NCBI GenBank assembly: GCA_022844165.1
Contig: JALHMH010000002.1
Coordinates: 160,001-224,000 of the forward strand
DNA: 64,000 nucleotides
Direction: 5' to 3'
Source: Lysobacterales bacterium
GTDB taxonomy: Bacteria > Pseudomonadota > Gammaproteobacteria > Xanthomonadales > SZUA-5
Every line of letters begins with the position of its first letter. The stretch's first letter is position 1. The notes under the pieces are model-generated. The model had not been told where the DNA came from, made no database searches, and worked only from the letters and a program-made list of their open reading frames with translations. Shown piece after piece: positions 63,965 through 64,000 of this stretch. Position numbers and translations under genes: made by a program.

Positions 63965-64000
63965 ATGAGCAAGAACTTACTGATCGTCGAGTCGCCCGCA
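63965..64000 (+). CDS. topA: DNA topoisomerase I, N-terminus (partial)
   Basis: MSKNLLIVESPA is the canonical TOPRIM start of TopA. Confidence 0.85.
   Translation, partial: MSKNLLIVESPA

Overview
A GC-rich gammaproteobacterial chromosomal segment, most likely Xanthomonadales/Lysobacterales (inferred from gene content and protein style). It is mostly housekeeping: ompA, zur, ruvB-ybgC-tolQRAB-pal-cpoB-queE, rocF, ilvE, gatCAB, ribF-ileS-lspA-ispH, phhA, typA-hslO, sua5, dusA-dtd, dnaE and the start of topA. Many of these genes lack their usual neighbours. I saw no tRNA, rRNA, CRISPR array, integrase or transposase. The best candidate for a new system is at 49345-53857 (minus strand). An ECF sigma factor of the phosphorylation-activated EcfK/ECF43 type is coupled to a membrane Ser/Thr kinase with TPRs and followed by AT-richer genes for secreted, cysteine-rich proteins, one with a 10-Cys defensin-like domain. 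A 28-bp bipartite motif (GTGATCGA-N9-CAAATTACGAT) is duplicated in front of the two downstream units and is a candidate cognate promoter. Other notable items are a shared operator linking a distant LacI gene to an MFS + GH13 operon, a KdsB-phosphatase fusion, a LuxR-VOC fusion with an internal start, a bacterial Reeler-domain protein, an sX9-like C-rich sRNA, two families of short structured repeats, and small genes missed by the ORF track. All family calls come from motif recognition by eye; no searches were run.
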